IMG/VR virus record: IMGVR_UViG_3300022925_000005
DNA: 64,000 nucleotides
Strand: one strand, 5' to 3'
From: a virus
Under the pieces are notes generated by a model. The model had not been told where the DNA came from, searched no databases, and was given only the letters and a program-made list of their open reading frames with translations. Shown here in pieces: positions 29,268 to 40,039 of the stretch (positions within the stretch are counted from its first letter, which is position 1; each line of letters begins with the position of its first letter). A program made the position numbers and the translations under genes.

Positions 29268-30028
29268 ATCTTTTGTATATCTTGTCCACCTCTATAACCC
29301 CAAAATGCCTCTAAATATCCTCTATGAGTTGGCATATCCATCATTGGTGTTAAACAAGTCCCAATATCAATATAGGTATTATTAGGGAACTCTCTGAACA
29401 ACTGATATACTGCCAAGTTAGTAAATGAGGATGCTGAGAAAAGGAATACATGATTCTCAATATTGTTTTCTCTAATCCACTCAGCGATTTCTTCAATTTT
29501 TCCATAATCATTTATCATTGCGTTATAACCTACTCTAAAATCCTTTACAAAGAATGGTAACCTATCTAAGTTTGCATCTTCATGTCCAACAAATACACAA
29601 TCTCTACTATAAAAGATTGGTAGAATGTGTGTAATGAATATAGGGTAGTTTCCATTTACCCACAGATTTGCCCAAGTTAAGGATTCATCATCCCCACCAG
29701 CCAAATCAACTTGCCAATCAAATTGTTCCTTACCTACACAACAACTACAACTAATTCCTTTGTAATAATTGTGTTGTTTGTATTGAAGTGATTCAACTAA
29801 CTTTTGTTGATAGAATGAATGTTCCGTTGGGTCAAAGTGTTTGAAATCAGGTTGTTGATATATACCACCTTGCTTCTCATCACCTATCTGAATCACACCA
29901 TTACCCAAAACCAATTCTTTGTTTTGTAGAATGTACATTTCACCATCAGAATATCTAGAGAATGCAAAGTGTTGTTGATTCTCTAATTTGGTTTTGAAAT
30001 CTATAAAATGTTGCCTAAAGTTCTTCAT
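29252..30028 (-). CDS. GT-D-like glycosyltransferase
   Basis: FSRYSDGE N-term and IDIG C-term motifs. Confidence 0.6.
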   Translation of the reverse strand: MKNFRQHFIDFKTKLENQQHFAFSRYSDGEMYILQNKELVLGNGVIQIGDEKQGGIYQQPDFKHFDPTEHSFYQQKLVESLQYKQHNYYKGISCSCCVGKEQFDWQVDLAGGDDESLTWANLWVNGNYPIFITHILPIFYSRDCVFVGHEDANLDRLPFFVKDFRVGYNAMINDYGKIEEIAEWIRENNIENHVFLFSASSFTNLAVYQLFREFPNNTYIDIGTCLTPMMDMPTHRGYLEAFWGYRGGQDIQKICVWN

Positions 30029-31016
30029 CTCTTAATATTTTTCGTACTTTTTCCGATGTGTGACCATCACCATAAGGACAATTTTCACTAATATAAGGAT
30101 TTTCTATGAGTTTTCCAAATAAATCATACAAATCATTTGGTGAATCACATAAATGTAAATGACCCGTATCAATACCTTCAGGTCTTTCGGTTGTCTTTCT
30201 ACATACAATCACCTTCTTATTGAAGAATGAACCCTCTTCTTGCAATCCACCACTATCACTAATGATTAGATTTGATTTAATCAATGTATTTATCAAATGC
30301 CTATGTTCTAATGGTTCAACAACAGTTACATTCTTTAAGATACTCCTATGTTTCTTTACATTTGGATTTGGATGAATTGGAAGTACGAACTTATATTGTG
30401 GATAATCCACAGCCAATCGTTCTAATTGTTCAAACCACTTGTCCATCCAATGGTGGTTCTCCCTACGATGTAATGTGATTAGAATAATATTCTCCATCGT
30501 TGGTTTAGCAACCAAAAGTAAATTATCTAATACTGAATTACCCACTACATAAATTTCACCATGCACATTTTCATCTCTCAGATTTTGTGCTGATAATTCA
30601 GTTGGTGTAAAGTTAACATCAGCGATTCTAGCAATCATTTGTCTATAACCTTCTTCAGGATATGGGTGTTTTAAATCACCACTTCTTAACCCTGCTTCCA
30701 AATAGTAGATTCGGGTTTGTCTATTGAATGCGGCTAAAGCACATCCGAACGCTGAACCAGTATCACCTTGTACCAATACTCCTCTGAAATCTCCATTGGG
30801 AAATTGTAACATACAATCTGATATAATTGAGTCCAATCTATTAGAATTTTCTGATATGATTATTTTATAATCAACCTCCACATCTTTCAACAAATCAGTA
30901 TGTTGGCCGGTAAATAGAAGTTTGTATTCACTTCTATTCATAATTCTAATCAATGGTTTAATCTTCAACCATTCGGGTCTAGTCCCAAAACATAATAATA
31001 TTGGTTTATTTTTCAT
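30015..31016 (-). CDS. wecB: UDP-N-acetylglucosamine 2-epimerase
   Basis: GTRPE, TGQH, VQGDT, EAGLRS, PEE, TLHRREN, DSGGLQEE, PYGDG. Confidence 0.95.
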   Translation of the reverse strand: MKNKPILLCFGTRPEWLKIKPLIRIMNRSEYKLLFTGQHTDLLKDVEVDYKIIISENSNRLDSIISDCMLQFPNGDFRGVLVQGDTGSAFGCALAAFNRQTRIYYLEAGLRSGDLKHPYPEEGYRQMIARIADVNFTPTELSAQNLRDENVHGEIYVVGNSVLDNLLLVAKPTMENIILITLHRRENHHWMDKWFEQLERLAVDYPQYKFVLPIHPNPNVKKHRSILKNVTVVEPLEHRHLINTLIKSNLIISDSGGLQEEGSFFNKKVIVCRKTTERPEGIDTGHLHLCDSPNDLYDLFGKLIENPYISENCPYGDGHTSEKVRKILRDEEL

Positions 31017-31776
31017 TTACTAACCTCCATCCTTTATTTCTTTGTTCGTGAAAATATTGATTCATCAATTGTTTGAATGGTGTACCTTCTACACTAGCCT
31101 GGTTTGATTCCCATAGTGAGTTAGCATCACCACCATACTCAGCACCTTTAATACTACCCCAAAGTGATTTATCAGATTTAGGATGTGGTGGTACGAATGT
31201 TGGAATACCAGCGTATTTTTGTAACATATATGAGAAGTGCATATCCTCACCACAAGTATTGTATTTTGGGTCTGGTAATTCTCTTACCATATGAGATAAC
31301 CATTCTTTCTTAAAGAACCAACTATGCCCAACTAAATCAACTTGAACAGTCCTATCATTGTTACCAGTTTCAGGCCAGCCGAATCTGAGGTAGTGTTCAT
31401 AATAAGATGAGTGTTGTGGTGGTAATGGGTTTGGGTACAATAACCCAACTGAACCCAATAAACCTTCTCTTTCATTCATAGTATTCATACAATTCTCCAA
31501 CCAACGTTCACCTGGTATTGTATCATCATCAAATACTACTACATATGGATTTCTAGCGTTCATAGCAAAGTAGAATCTTGCCCAAACTCCAAAGTTGTAA
31601 TTACAATAAGCTACTGGGATTTCACTCCCAATATCATAATTCAATAAATCATTATCACCCGGATTGTTGTACCATAATAAAATCTCATCAGGTGGTACAG
31701 TTTGATTTTTTAACGCTTCCAATTGTTCGTTGAGGTTATCTCCTCGTTTGTAACCATTTAATACTGCCGTAATCAT
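31006..31776 (-). CDS. GT-A glycosyltransferase
   Basis: YKR...QT, VFDDD, GED. Confidence 0.75.
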   Translation of the reverse strand: MITAVLNGYKRGDNLNEQLEALKNQTVPPDEILLWYNNPGDNDLLNYDIGSEIPVAYCNYNFGVWARFYFAMNARNPYVVVFDDDTIPGERWLENCMNTMNEREGLLGSVGLLYPNPLPPQHSSYYEHYLRFGWPETGNNDRTVQVDLVGHSWFFKKEWLSHMVRELPDPKYNTCGEDMHFSYMLQKYAGIPTFVPPHPKSDKSLWGSIKGAEYGGDANSLWESNQASVEGTPFKQLMNQYFHEQRNKGWRLVNEK

Positions 31777-32753
31777 ATTTTATCTTTCATATAGTTTAAC
31801 CAAATGTTTTTGGTGTAATAACTCTCATATTGTTGTCTTGCCAACTTACTACATTGATTATAGAAATCGTTATCATCTCTCAATTTCTGAGCAAGTTCTC
31901 TAGCACCTTTCACATCATCAACTTCAACTGAAGTTAGTGGATGTAGTGTTTTTTGAGTATCTACTTTGATGTTACCAATTACAGGTATTCCAAAGTATGC
32001 ACAATTAAGTGAGAATGTACCAGCTGCTACAGTTGGCATTAGATGAACCCCATATTTGAACTTAGATACTTCCCTCATCCAATCAATCCAAACCATTCTA
32101 TCAAAGTGATTCAAATCTTCCATTGCACCTTCGTTATTTCTCTTAGCATGAGATTCTTGTCCCCAAATAGGTACACCAAATTCGGTTGCTACCATATAGG
32201 ATTCGAATCCACCATACCACCTTGCAAAGTTACCACCAATCAAAACCTTATCTTCTGGTTTTGCTGAAATACCTCTAATTAAATTATCAATCATTAAGGT
32301 TCTCATCACTTCCACTTTTTTGTTTGGTAGTAATCCTTTGTAGTAGTTTACATCAGATTCATTGTGTGCAAAGATACCATCGGTTTTTGCTAAAAAGTTG
32401 TAGAATTGAATCTGGTCTACAATCTCATAATCATTCCACCACCAATGCGGTCCTTCTTGAATGTAATATACTTTTTGATTTACACTCTTCAAAGTATCTA
32501 CTATTGGTTCGTTTAGATATTGAGAAGCTGGGTTAACCCCATCTCCTATTCTAGAACCTTCAGCTGATAGGAATAACTTACCTTTTGGGAAGATTATAAA
32601 CACAACATCATATCCACTAACCGATTGGTATTTTGCTAATGGATAATGAACAGCGTTTAGAGCGTTCATCCAAGCAAACTCAGTTCTAGCGTTTGGATGT
32701 TCGTTGGGAATAGTTCCCTCAAATCCCATTTCCGTTAGAAAAGCTACTTTCAT
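31773..32753 (-). CDS. GT-B-like glycosyltransferase
   Basis: AGTFSLNCAYFGIPVIG C-terminal GT-B-like motif; context. Confidence 0.6.
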   Translation of the reverse strand: MKVAFLTEMGFEGTIPNEHPNARTEFAWMNALNAVHYPLAKYQSVSGYDVVFIIFPKGKLFLSAEGSRIGDGVNPASQYLNEPIVDTLKSVNQKVYYIQEGPHWWWNDYEIVDQIQFYNFLAKTDGIFAHNESDVNYYKGLLPNKKVEVMRTLMIDNLIRGISAKPEDKVLIGGNFARWYGGFESYMVATEFGVPIWGQESHAKRNNEGAMEDLNHFDRMVWIDWMREVSKFKYGVHLMPTVAAGTFSLNCAYFGIPVIGNIKVDTQKTLHPLTSVEVDDVKGARELAQKLRDDNDFYNQCSKLARQQYESYYTKNIWLNYMKDKI

Positions 32754-33382
32754 ATCGTATTATATAATTCGTTTTGTCTTTCCTGTCTTTCAATCTCCTT
32801 TGGATGATAGATGGCGAATGGTTCTTCTAATGGTAGAATAGTTAAAGTATTATAACCTTTAATTCTTTCATGTACTTTACCTTCCCATTCTATTACTGAT
32901 GTTCTTCGATAGATTCTAGTTTGTAAATCAGGCCAATTAACCCAACCTTCATTATTAACATTCCATCCCCATTTTTTAATATGCCCATCAGTCAAACCTT
33001 CAACTGTGTTTACTCTTGGAACAAAGAATAAATCAATATCTAAATTTGCCTCTAACAATTCATGCATATTAGCAACTAAATACTCATTTGGAATCTCATC
33101 AGCATCAATTTGAAAAATGAAAATCCCTTTAGCATGATTCTTTAAGTTGTTTTTAAATGATGCAAAATCTTTGTTAAGTGGAAAATTAATCACACTTACA
33201 TTTGAATGCAATTGTTCAATAATTTTTAAATAATCAATAACTTCTTTGGTAGCTCCATCGGTATCATATTGAATCAAAATCTCATCATCCGATTGAATTC
33301 TGGGATGGAGAAAGTTTACCAACTTTGTAATCTCATTTAATTCATTACAAACAGTAATTGCGTATGTAACATTAATATCCAT
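32750..33382 (-). CDS. Glycosyltransferase family 2
   Basis: TVCNE, FQIDADE, WEGKVHE. Confidence 0.85.
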   Translation of the reverse strand: MDINVTYAITVCNELNEITKLVNFLHPRIQSDDEILIQYDTDGATKEVIDYLKIIEQLHSNVSVINFPLNKDFASFKNNLKNHAKGIFIFQIDADEIPNEYLVANMHELLEANLDIDLFFVPRVNTVEGLTDGHIKKWGWNVNNEGWVNWPDLQTRIYRRTSVIEWEGKVHERIKGYNTLTILPLEEPFAIYHPKEIERQERQNELYNTI

Positions 33383-33848
33383 AATATTGCTTTAGTATAT
33401 TGTTTTTTAAATAAAATTCAGTAGCATATTGAATACCATCCAATTTATATGTTCTATATGCAGCTCCCTTTGCAACAAAATCTTTGTTGTTTTTTATGTA
33501 AGAATCATAAACCTTATTACCACCTAAATCCATTGGAGTTGCAAATTCATATAAAGGTATTTTAGTTCTATCACCTTCAAATAATGCCTCATCATCACCC
33601 TTTGATAATTTCTTAAACCAATTTAAGAATTTAACAGGCTCAATGTTTGAAAGTTTCAATGCAGATACCTTTCGTTGATATACACCAGTTACGAATATCA
33701 ATGTTTCATCATCACCTCTTAAATTTGTTCGCTTCCCCTCCGTATATTTGTAAGTGGAAATCTTATATAACCCATAGGGTTGGATTTCGGTTTTTGCTAC
33801 TCGCTCACCTTTATCCATCATACCCTTATATCTTAATGCGTAATTCAT
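33372..33848 (-). CDS. Hypothetical protein
   Basis: ORF track; AYRTY motif. Confidence 0.7.
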   Translation of the reverse strand: MNYALRYKGMMDKGERVAKTEIQPYGLYKISTYKYTEGKRTNLRGDDETLIFVTGVYQRKVSALKLSNIEPVKFLNWFKKLSKGDDEALFEGDRTKIPLYEFATPMDLGGNKVYDSYIKNNKDFVAKGAAYRTYKLDGIQYATEFYLKNNILKQYYGY

Positions 33849-35146
33849 TATACTTTATTTAGTTTTGGAAGTTGCATTTTTTCTTTGTTTAACTTAGGTA
33901 AGTTAAATGGTTTTTGTTGTGGGATTGATTTCACATATTTGTTCATCATTTCTTCAAAAACTTCATCCATTTTACTTAAACTAAAGTTTTTTTCTATGTT
34001 TGTTTTTAACCCAGCTGAGTTAGATAAATACGAATCATATTCATTGAATACCTTATACATCTTATTGGCTGCATCTGAGTAGTTTACAGTAAACCACTTA
34101 GCTTCTTTAAGTAAGAACTTATCTGCTGCTGATTCATCTACATTAGTTAACTGACCATCTAAGAAAACAGTGTGTTCCTTTGGTAGGAAATCAACGTGTC
34201 CACTCCAACCACTAACCATAATCGGTTTACCAGTCAATGCAAACTCAGCCAAAGGTCTACCATATCCCTCACCTTTGGTAAATGATACCATTGCTTTTAC
34301 TTTAGGATGATTATATAGTTCACTCATTTCAGAATCATCTAAATCACCATGAAGTAAATAAATCTTAGGTAAATCATCACCAAACACATTGATAATGTTT
34401 TCAATTTTTTCTCTCGTATTTTCTCTATCAATAACAGAGAAACCAGCGTGAGATGTTTTAAGGATAAGACCTGGTCTTTTATCTTTTGGTAGATATTTGA
34501 ATACCGTAGCAAATGTTTTAATAACCATACCCACATCCTTTCTATCTTGCCCTAAACTACCCTTCAACCAATGTCCTACATATAGGAAGTTGAAATCAGT
34601 TTCTAATACACCATCTAAAATATCAACTTTAGAATCTGATGGTAGGTAACGTTCTAAATCAACTCCTTCAAATAAAACTTCAACCGGCTTTGTGATTCTA
34701 TGTTCATTTACAATTTGTCCCGTTTGACTATTCTTTTCTTGATATGCCGTTTGAGTCATAATGTTCTTTGTGAACTCTGATGGTACGATTATTAAATCCA
34801 TCTTATTTGAACCATCTATAAATTCTTTTGGAATTATAGTAGTTTCAACCCCTGCGGTAATACCAATGTTAAAGTTACCCTTCGGTTCGAACTCATTAGC
34901 AACTGACATTTGCATAAAGATATCCGGCTTTCTATCTAACTTAGTTATTACATTTGGAAATACCATTTTCCCAAATTCACTATCAGGTTTGATTTGATTT
35001 TGTGGAGTATTTCCCCATCGAGTTGGTACAACTTTTACATCGTACTTATCCATTTTAAACAAGCTTCTCAAAATATCTCTCGCATGGTCTCCATAACCAC
35101 TTCGAGTAAATACAGGTGCTTGATATACTAATAAAGGTTTATTCAT
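33848..35146 (-). CDS. Glycosyltransferase family 4 (GT-B)
   Basis: SGYG, RK, GEGYGRPLAE, SGH.DF. Confidence 0.85.
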   Translation of the reverse strand: MNKPLLVYQAPVFTRSGYGDHARDILRSLFKMDKYDVKVVPTRWGNTPQNQIKPDSEFGKMVFPNVITKLDRKPDIFMQMSVANEFEPKGNFNIGITAGVETTIIPKEFIDGSNKMDLIIVPSEFTKNIMTQTAYQEKNSQTGQIVNEHRITKPVEVLFEGVDLERYLPSDSKVDILDGVLETDFNFLYVGHWLKGSLGQDRKDVGMVIKTFATVFKYLPKDKRPGLILKTSHAGFSVIDRENTREKIENIINVFGDDLPKIYLLHGDLDDSEMSELYNHPKVKAMVSFTKGEGYGRPLAEFALTGKPIMVSGWSGHVDFLPKEHTVFLDGQLTNVDESAADKFLLKEAKWFTVNYSDAANKMYKVFNEYDSYLSNSAGLKTNIEKNFSLSKMDEVFEEMMNKYVKSIPQQKPFNLPKLNKEKMQLPKLNKV

Positions 35147-35152
35147 AACTTA

Positions 35153-35476
35153 TTATCCTTTGTATGCTTTAATTTTTTCTATTTTTCTACTCTCCATATT
35201 GAAATATAATACATCCATTACCTTAATAGTTTCTGATTCTGTGTGTATTAATATCTCATTGTATGTACGATTTTCAAACTGATTACATTCAATTAACTCA
35301 AATGTCAAATCACTTTCAAACATAAGTGAGTTCATTTCTAATACATTTGTACTACCAAACCACTCACCATTCCAATCATACAATTCAACATCAGATGCGT
35401 ATTGTAGTGATAGTAAATTTAAATCTTTTTTATTTAGATTTTTAAAATATTCTTTCGAAGATACTGTAAAATTCAT
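35153..35476 (-). CDS. NTF2/SnoaL-like protein
   Basis: YF..LN.KD....YA.DV.L.DW...I..I.AY pattern. Confidence 0.6.
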   Translation of the reverse strand: MNFTVSSKEYFKNLNKKDLNLLSLQYASDVELYDWNGEWFGSTNVLEMNSLMFESDLTFELIECNQFENRTYNEILIHTESETIKVMDVLYFNMESRKIEKIKAYKG

Positions 35477-35480
35477 AATA

Positions 35481-36872
35481 TTAGTTTAATTTAAATAATT
35501 CGAATCGTTTACGTGGTTTCCAATTTTCGAAAGTACCTTCGATACCATCTACTAATGTACTACACATATTTTCTACACTCAATCCAGACTCACCGATAAA
35601 TGAATCCCTTCCAACTTGTCCGTTTGATTTAAGAACTTCTTTAGGAGTGTTGTACATTTCTTCCATAGCAGTTGCTACATCATATACATCTACTTTATCA
35701 TCCCAAATGTATGGGGTTGGTACTGAACCAGCCATAGTTTGTGCTCTACTCCATACAGGTCTAGCCCACACACCACTTTCTAATTTATCTTCCCAATCTC
35801 TCCACTTATGTAAAGAACCCAATTCTTTGTAATCTTCAGAAGTAACCAACTCACCAGTTTCGTTGTATCTGAAACCACATTGGTCTTGCAAACCACCAGT
35901 TACGTTAACAATGATTGGTGTACCAGCCATTACTGATTCTGCGGTTGTTAAACCAAATCCTTCATTACCAGCAATGTTGATTGTTACATCTCCGATGTTA
36001 TATAGGTAATTAAGTTCTTCAGTAGTTCTTCTCTTATCTGAGAATATGATGTTACAATCAGTAGCTAATGTGTTATGTACTGCTGGTAAATCCGTACCAT
36101 TGTTATCCACCGGTTGAGTGTGCATTAATAATGCCACTTTCTTAGCTTTTTCTTCACCAATTCTATCACAAAACTCTTTGAATGCCATAATCACATCAGA
36201 TGGTTGCTTTCTACGAATGTTACGATTTGACCAATAGAATATGAAATCATACTCTTTATCTTTTAGTATTTCAGAACGAAATTCAGATGGTACATCCGTT
36301 GGGAAGTATTCAGTTGAGTTGATACCATGTGGTACATATGATACTTGCCAATCTTTGTGAGGTCTCCACGTTGGTTTATCAGTTCTATTGGTTAGACGGG
36401 ATACAATACCATAAGTTTGACGAGAGATACACCCAATCCAATCACAACTTTCGTAGTAATTTCTATTGTATAGTGGGTCTGGTAAATCATCCCAAATTGC
36501 ATAGAATAGAATTGGAACATTTTGTCTTACCTCATGCTCCATATCGTATAACCATGTCCAATAACGTGGGTCAGTAAAGTGTAAGATGGCATCAGGTTGT
36601 TCTGAGTTGATTAATTGTCTAATCAAACCTTGGTCACCATAACCACTCCAAGGGAGTATTTTAACACTAGCATCTTCTACACCAGTTCTTTTTTGTATAT
36701 CTAATGATACATCTAAAATCTTTCCCTTCTCAGGGTGGTCAATTGCGGCTCCTACTTGAAACCAGTCGTATTTATCAACAGTACCCATAACCAATGCCTT
36801 AGACATGGTAGCGATACCACTTGCCATCCTTAAATCATCGGATAGTAATAGAATCTTCTTCTTTTTACTCAT
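35481..36872 (-). CDS. Glycosyltransferase family 4 (GT-B)
   Basis: SGIA, VPHGI, NRNIRRK, NEGFGLTTAES..AGTP. Confidence 0.88.
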   Translation of the reverse strand: MSKKKKILLLSDDLRMASGIATMSKALVMGTVDKYDWFQVGAAIDHPEKGKILDVSLDIQKRTGVEDASVKILPWSGYGDQGLIRQLINSEQPDAILHFTDPRYWTWLYDMEHEVRQNVPILFYAIWDDLPDPLYNRNYYESCDWIGCISRQTYGIVSRLTNRTDKPTWRPHKDWQVSYVPHGINSTEYFPTDVPSEFRSEILKDKEYDFIFYWSNRNIRRKQPSDVIMAFKEFCDRIGEEKAKKVALLMHTQPVDNNGTDLPAVHNTLATDCNIIFSDKRRTTEELNYLYNIGDVTINIAGNEGFGLTTAESVMAGTPIIVNVTGGLQDQCGFRYNETGELVTSEDYKELGSLHKWRDWEDKLESGVWARPVWSRAQTMAGSVPTPYIWDDKVDVYDVATAMEEMYNTPKEVLKSNGQVGRDSFIGESGLSVENMCSTLVDGIEGTFENWKPRKRFELFKLN

Positions 36873-36899
36873 AACTTATTAATATAACCTTTTTTTAAT

Positions 36900-37097
36900 T
36901 TAAAATTGTGAACCGCTGATTTGTAGTTTTAAATACTCATTCATTTCATTTCTGAATTCCTCATCGGTTACATATCGTTCTACTGTCCTATTTACTAACT
37001 TTTGAAGTGTTACATCCGATTCAAACGATACTTGTTTAAAATTTGAGTACACTCCTTTTATTATTTTTACAGTAGTTAATTTTGTTTCTACACTCAT
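36900..37097 (-). CDS. Small ribbon-helix-helix-like DNA-binding protein
   Basis: LTTVKI strand then two helices; start moved to MSVETK to avoid overlap. Confidence 0.5.
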   Translation of the reverse strand: MSVETKLTTVKIIKGVYSNFKQVSFESDVTLQKLVNRTVERYVTDEEFRNEMNEYLKLQISGSQF

Positions 37098-37143
37098 AAT
37101 ATATGTATTTGTTTCATATATATAAGTATATAGATATTTTATT

Positions 37144-38013
37144 TTACGATGGTTTTTTATCACATAACCCTCTGTTACCAAATTCACAAAACTTACAATT
37201 CTTTTGCCGTTCACCTGGTTGCTTTGGGTATTCCTTTTCTATGAATTTACCTTCATCATCAAATACATCATTTACAAAGTTGATAAATTCATTGTAAATC
37301 TTATTTACAGTTGGTTTACCATTAGCTGGAATATGCTTTGACATATATGGGATTGGGAATGGTGCATCTTCGTATAGTTTTCTTCTCATAATCTGATACT
37401 CAACTTTAATCTTATCCAATGGAATATTGAATAGTTCAGAATAGTACTTCTTATATAGAACAATTTGAGCGTTTTTGAACTTATCTGCTTTAGCGTACTT
37501 ATTCCAACCCATTGTTGATGTTTTCAAATCAATAATGATGATTGAGTTATCTGATAAATCTCTCATAACAACATCAATAAATCCAATGAATTGTACACCT
37601 TCTTTAATCTTAGCGTTAAGAGGTATCTCTATCCCTACTAACTCAAATCCAGTCTTTGTATAGAACTTATCTATCTTTGCCTTAAACCACTCTAATATTC
37701 TTCTACCATCACCATAGAATTCTTCCAATTCTAACTGAGAGCAGATTGTTCCCTCACTTAACTTTTCGGTTTCTTTGGTATATTCCTTTCTCATCCATTC
37801 CAACAACAACTTATCGGTATCGATTTCCATTGCTTGTTTCTTAGAAACCCCATACATCACCGAAAGGAAATGTTGAATTGTTTCGTGGATGGAAGTACCA
37901 AAAATTGTATAAATGTTAGCGGATGATTCCCCCAACTTATCGATATACCTTAACTTATATTGTTGAGGACATGATGAATATGTTGAATATTGTGAAAAGC
38001 TTACTCTAGCCAT
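37144..38013 (-). CDS. PD-(D/E)XK (RecB/Cas4-like) exonuclease
   Basis: SFS..CP, GTSIHE, E, GFID, IDLKT, Q..LY, C..C..C. Confidence 0.9.
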   Translation of the reverse strand: MARVSFSQYSTYSSCPQQYKLRYIDKLGESSANIYTIFGTSIHETIQHFLSVMYGVSKKQAMEIDTDKLLLEWMRKEYTKETEKLSEGTICSQLELEEFYGDGRRILEWFKAKIDKFYTKTGFELVGIEIPLNAKIKEGVQFIGFIDVVMRDLSDNSIIIIDLKTSTMGWNKYAKADKFKNAQIVLYKKYYSELFNIPLDKIKVEYQIMRRKLYEDAPFPIPYMSKHIPANGKPTVNKIYNEFINFVNDVFDDEGKFIEKEYPKQPGERQKNCKFCEFGNRGLCDKKPS

Positions 38014-38030
38014 AAATCTTTTGTTTGTTA

Positions 38031-38070
38031 CACAAATATACGAAAAAAGTTTGGGATTTCCAAACTTTTC
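38031..38070 (-). promoter_or_regulatory. Bacteroidetes-type promoter within inverted repeat
   Basis: AAAAGTTTGG-GATTT-CCAAACTTTT; minus CGTATATTTG. Confidence 0.8.
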
Positions 38071-38095
38071 TCACTTTTATTATATTTTAAATATC

Positions 38096-38299
38096 TTATG
38101 ATAAATCAACACTCAGTAATATCATATTGCCGGGTGATTCCTCAACATATATACTAGCAACATTACCATCAAATGTTACTTTAGTTTGAAATGGTAACTC
38201 AGCTTGTAATACAGGTCCCATAGTTGCTTTAGCTGTTTCTAAATCAGATGTTCTTCTGATTATAGCAACAATCTCTTTTACTTTATCCGTATTTGACAT
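38096..38299 (-). CDS. Hypothetical protein
   Basis: ORF track. Confidence 0.65.
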   Translation of the reverse strand: MSNTDKVKEIVAIIRRTSDLETAKATMGPVLQAELPFQTKVTFDGNVASIYVEESPGNMILLSVDLS

Positions 38300-38302
38300 A
38301 AT

Positions 38303-38752
38303 TTATAGTTTTATTTTTAATTTTTTAATAATCTTAGGGTCTGTCCCATAATCTTCAGATAACTGAATGATACGTTCTTTACCACTTTTGGAATTATATA
38401 GAATCTTCAAATAACTCTCAGCTTCTAACTTAGATACCTCATAATGATTTGCTACCAATTCCACCAACCAACCTTCGTATTTATCAGCAGTTTTTGGTTT
38501 CATATACTTCATAAAGTGCCTACCCTTTGGAAGTAAATCAATCATAGCAAGATACATTGCTTTAGGTGGTACCTCTTGCAAATATGGTTGAACTGCTGCG
38601 ATAGTTTCCACCCATTCATATTTCATAGATAGGAAACGTAACACCATATAGTTCGACCAGGTCTTTTTATCAGCTTCTTCTAACTTATCCCAATACTTTG
38701 GGTCTTGCTCATTGGTTACTGCCTTAATATGGTCGAAGAGTGATTTAGGCAT
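38303..38752 (-). CDS. Clamp loader small subunit (gp62-like)
   Basis: LFD.I..., YMV.RFLSM, KGRHF.KY; near RFC-like gene. Confidence 0.7.
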   Translation of the reverse strand: MPKSLFDHIKAVTNEQDPKYWDKLEEADKKTWSNYMVLRFLSMKYEWVETIAAVQPYLQEVPPKAMYLAMIDLLPKGRHFMKYMKPKTADKYEGWLVELVANHYEVSKLEAESYLKILYNSKSGKERIIQLSEDYGTDPKIIKKLKIKL

Positions 38753-39071
38753 TGTTTTCAGCTTCTTTATTCTTATCCATTTGCATCAATGCTTTCAATT
38801 GTTCAGGCATCAGTTCCTCACATATCTCACCACAATTAGCACATAACATTACATCAATTGGTACTACCACATCTTGTGGTGTGCCTGTGATTAGTTTAGA
38901 TATCTTACGAAACTTACCAGCCGTTACAAATACATCATCACCACAACTACCACATACAATTGGTTTTGATTTACCCAAATCGATTTGAGGTTGTCCAGTT
39001 GAATTGGTTGGTTGTGATTGAGTTGGTTTTTGTGGTTTCCCACCATTCATTCCTATTACTTTTGTTGCCAT
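38745..39071 (-). CDS. Zinc-ribbon protein
   Basis: CGSC...CANC. Confidence 0.65.
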   Translation of the reverse strand: MATKVIGMNGGKPQKPTQSQPTNSTGQPQIDLGKSKPIVCGSCGDDVFVTAGKFRKISKLITGTPQDVVVPIDVMLCANCGEICEELMPEQLKALMQMDKNKEAENNA

Positions 39072-39072
39072 C

Positions 39073-40020
39073 TTAAATTAAGTTTAATATTTCGATTAAT
39101 GTTGCTGCCATTGGAATCTCTTTATCAATAGCATTGAAGTGTCTACTCTGTCCTTCTGATAATGCGATGATTACATTCGCTGTATTTGATGGAGCGTATT
39201 CATCTACCTTCTCATACAACATAGTAAACAATTCTGAGAAATCAGTTACTCTACTATCTATGATAGCTTGTCTCATATTGGTATATTTGTTTCTCTTATC
39301 ATCATTTGATTTAAGAATATCCAACACTTTGGTTTTGTAATCATTCTCCAACAAATTTTGAGTATCTACTTGTAACTTACCTTTATTTGAGTTCAATTGA
39401 CACGTATTGATAATCTTACGAATATCAGGATACCCAGCATCAATAATTGGAACTAAATCCTTTGGTTCAAACGTTACACCCTCTGCTCCCAAAATCTTTG
39501 AGATTTGAACAGCCACATCCTTCTTAGTTGGTGGTACAATTTGGAATGATTGACAACGAGATTGAATTGGTTCGATTACTTTCTCAACATAATTACAAGT
39601 CAAAATGAATCGGCAATGTTGTGAGAATGTTTCCATCAAATTACGAAGAATCGCTTGTGCGTTTGGAGACATGTAATCAAACTCATCTAAGATAATAATC
39701 TTCCACTTTTTGAATCCCATTGAGGATGCGAAGTTCTTTACCTTATTACGGACTGTATCCACATTGTTCTCATCAGATGCGTTGATTACCATATAATCAC
39801 AATCCACCGATTTTACAATCAGTTTAGCCAATGTGGTTTTACCAGTACCAGCTCTACCATATAGTAAAAGGTGTGGTACATCACCACTTTCTAAGTAACC
39901 TTCTACTTTTGATTTTAGGTGTTCATTACCTACATAATCAACTAACTTAGTTGGACGGTACGATTCCACCCATAAACTATTATCTACTTTTTCTTCTACG
40001 TTTTGTTCGAAAAATGCCAT
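39073..40020 (-). CDS. Clamp loader large subunit (RFC/gp44-like)
   Basis: WVESYRP, GRAGTGKTT, NASD, LDEFD, QSRC. Confidence 0.95.
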   Translation of the reverse strand: MAFFEQNVEEKVDNSLWVESYRPTKLVDYVGNEHLKSKVEGYLESGDVPHLLLYGRAGTGKTTLAKLIVKSVDCDYMVINASDENNVDTVRNKVKNFASSMGFKKWKIIILDEFDYMSPNAQAILRNLMETFSQHCRFILTCNYVEKVIEPIQSRCQSFQIVPPTKKDVAVQISKILGAEGVTFEPKDLVPIIDAGYPDIRKIINTCQLNSNKGKLQVDTQNLLENDYKTKVLDILKSNDDKRNKYTNMRQAIIDSRVTDFSELFTMLYEKVDEYAPSNTANVIIALSEGQSRHFNAIDKEIPMAATLIEILNLI

Positions 40021-40039
40021 TTCTTATTTTTTGTTTTTA

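Noticed and set aside
36900-37214. Track N-terminal extensions (37214, 6966, 7334) and ORF 13308-13505
   Set aside because: Non-ATG starts overlapping neighbouring genes or promoters; downstream ATGs fit better
37144-38013. Cas4-like nuclease as sign of CRISPR-Cas
   Set aside because: No repeat-spacer array or other cas genes; solo RecB-family nucleases are common in phage replication blocks
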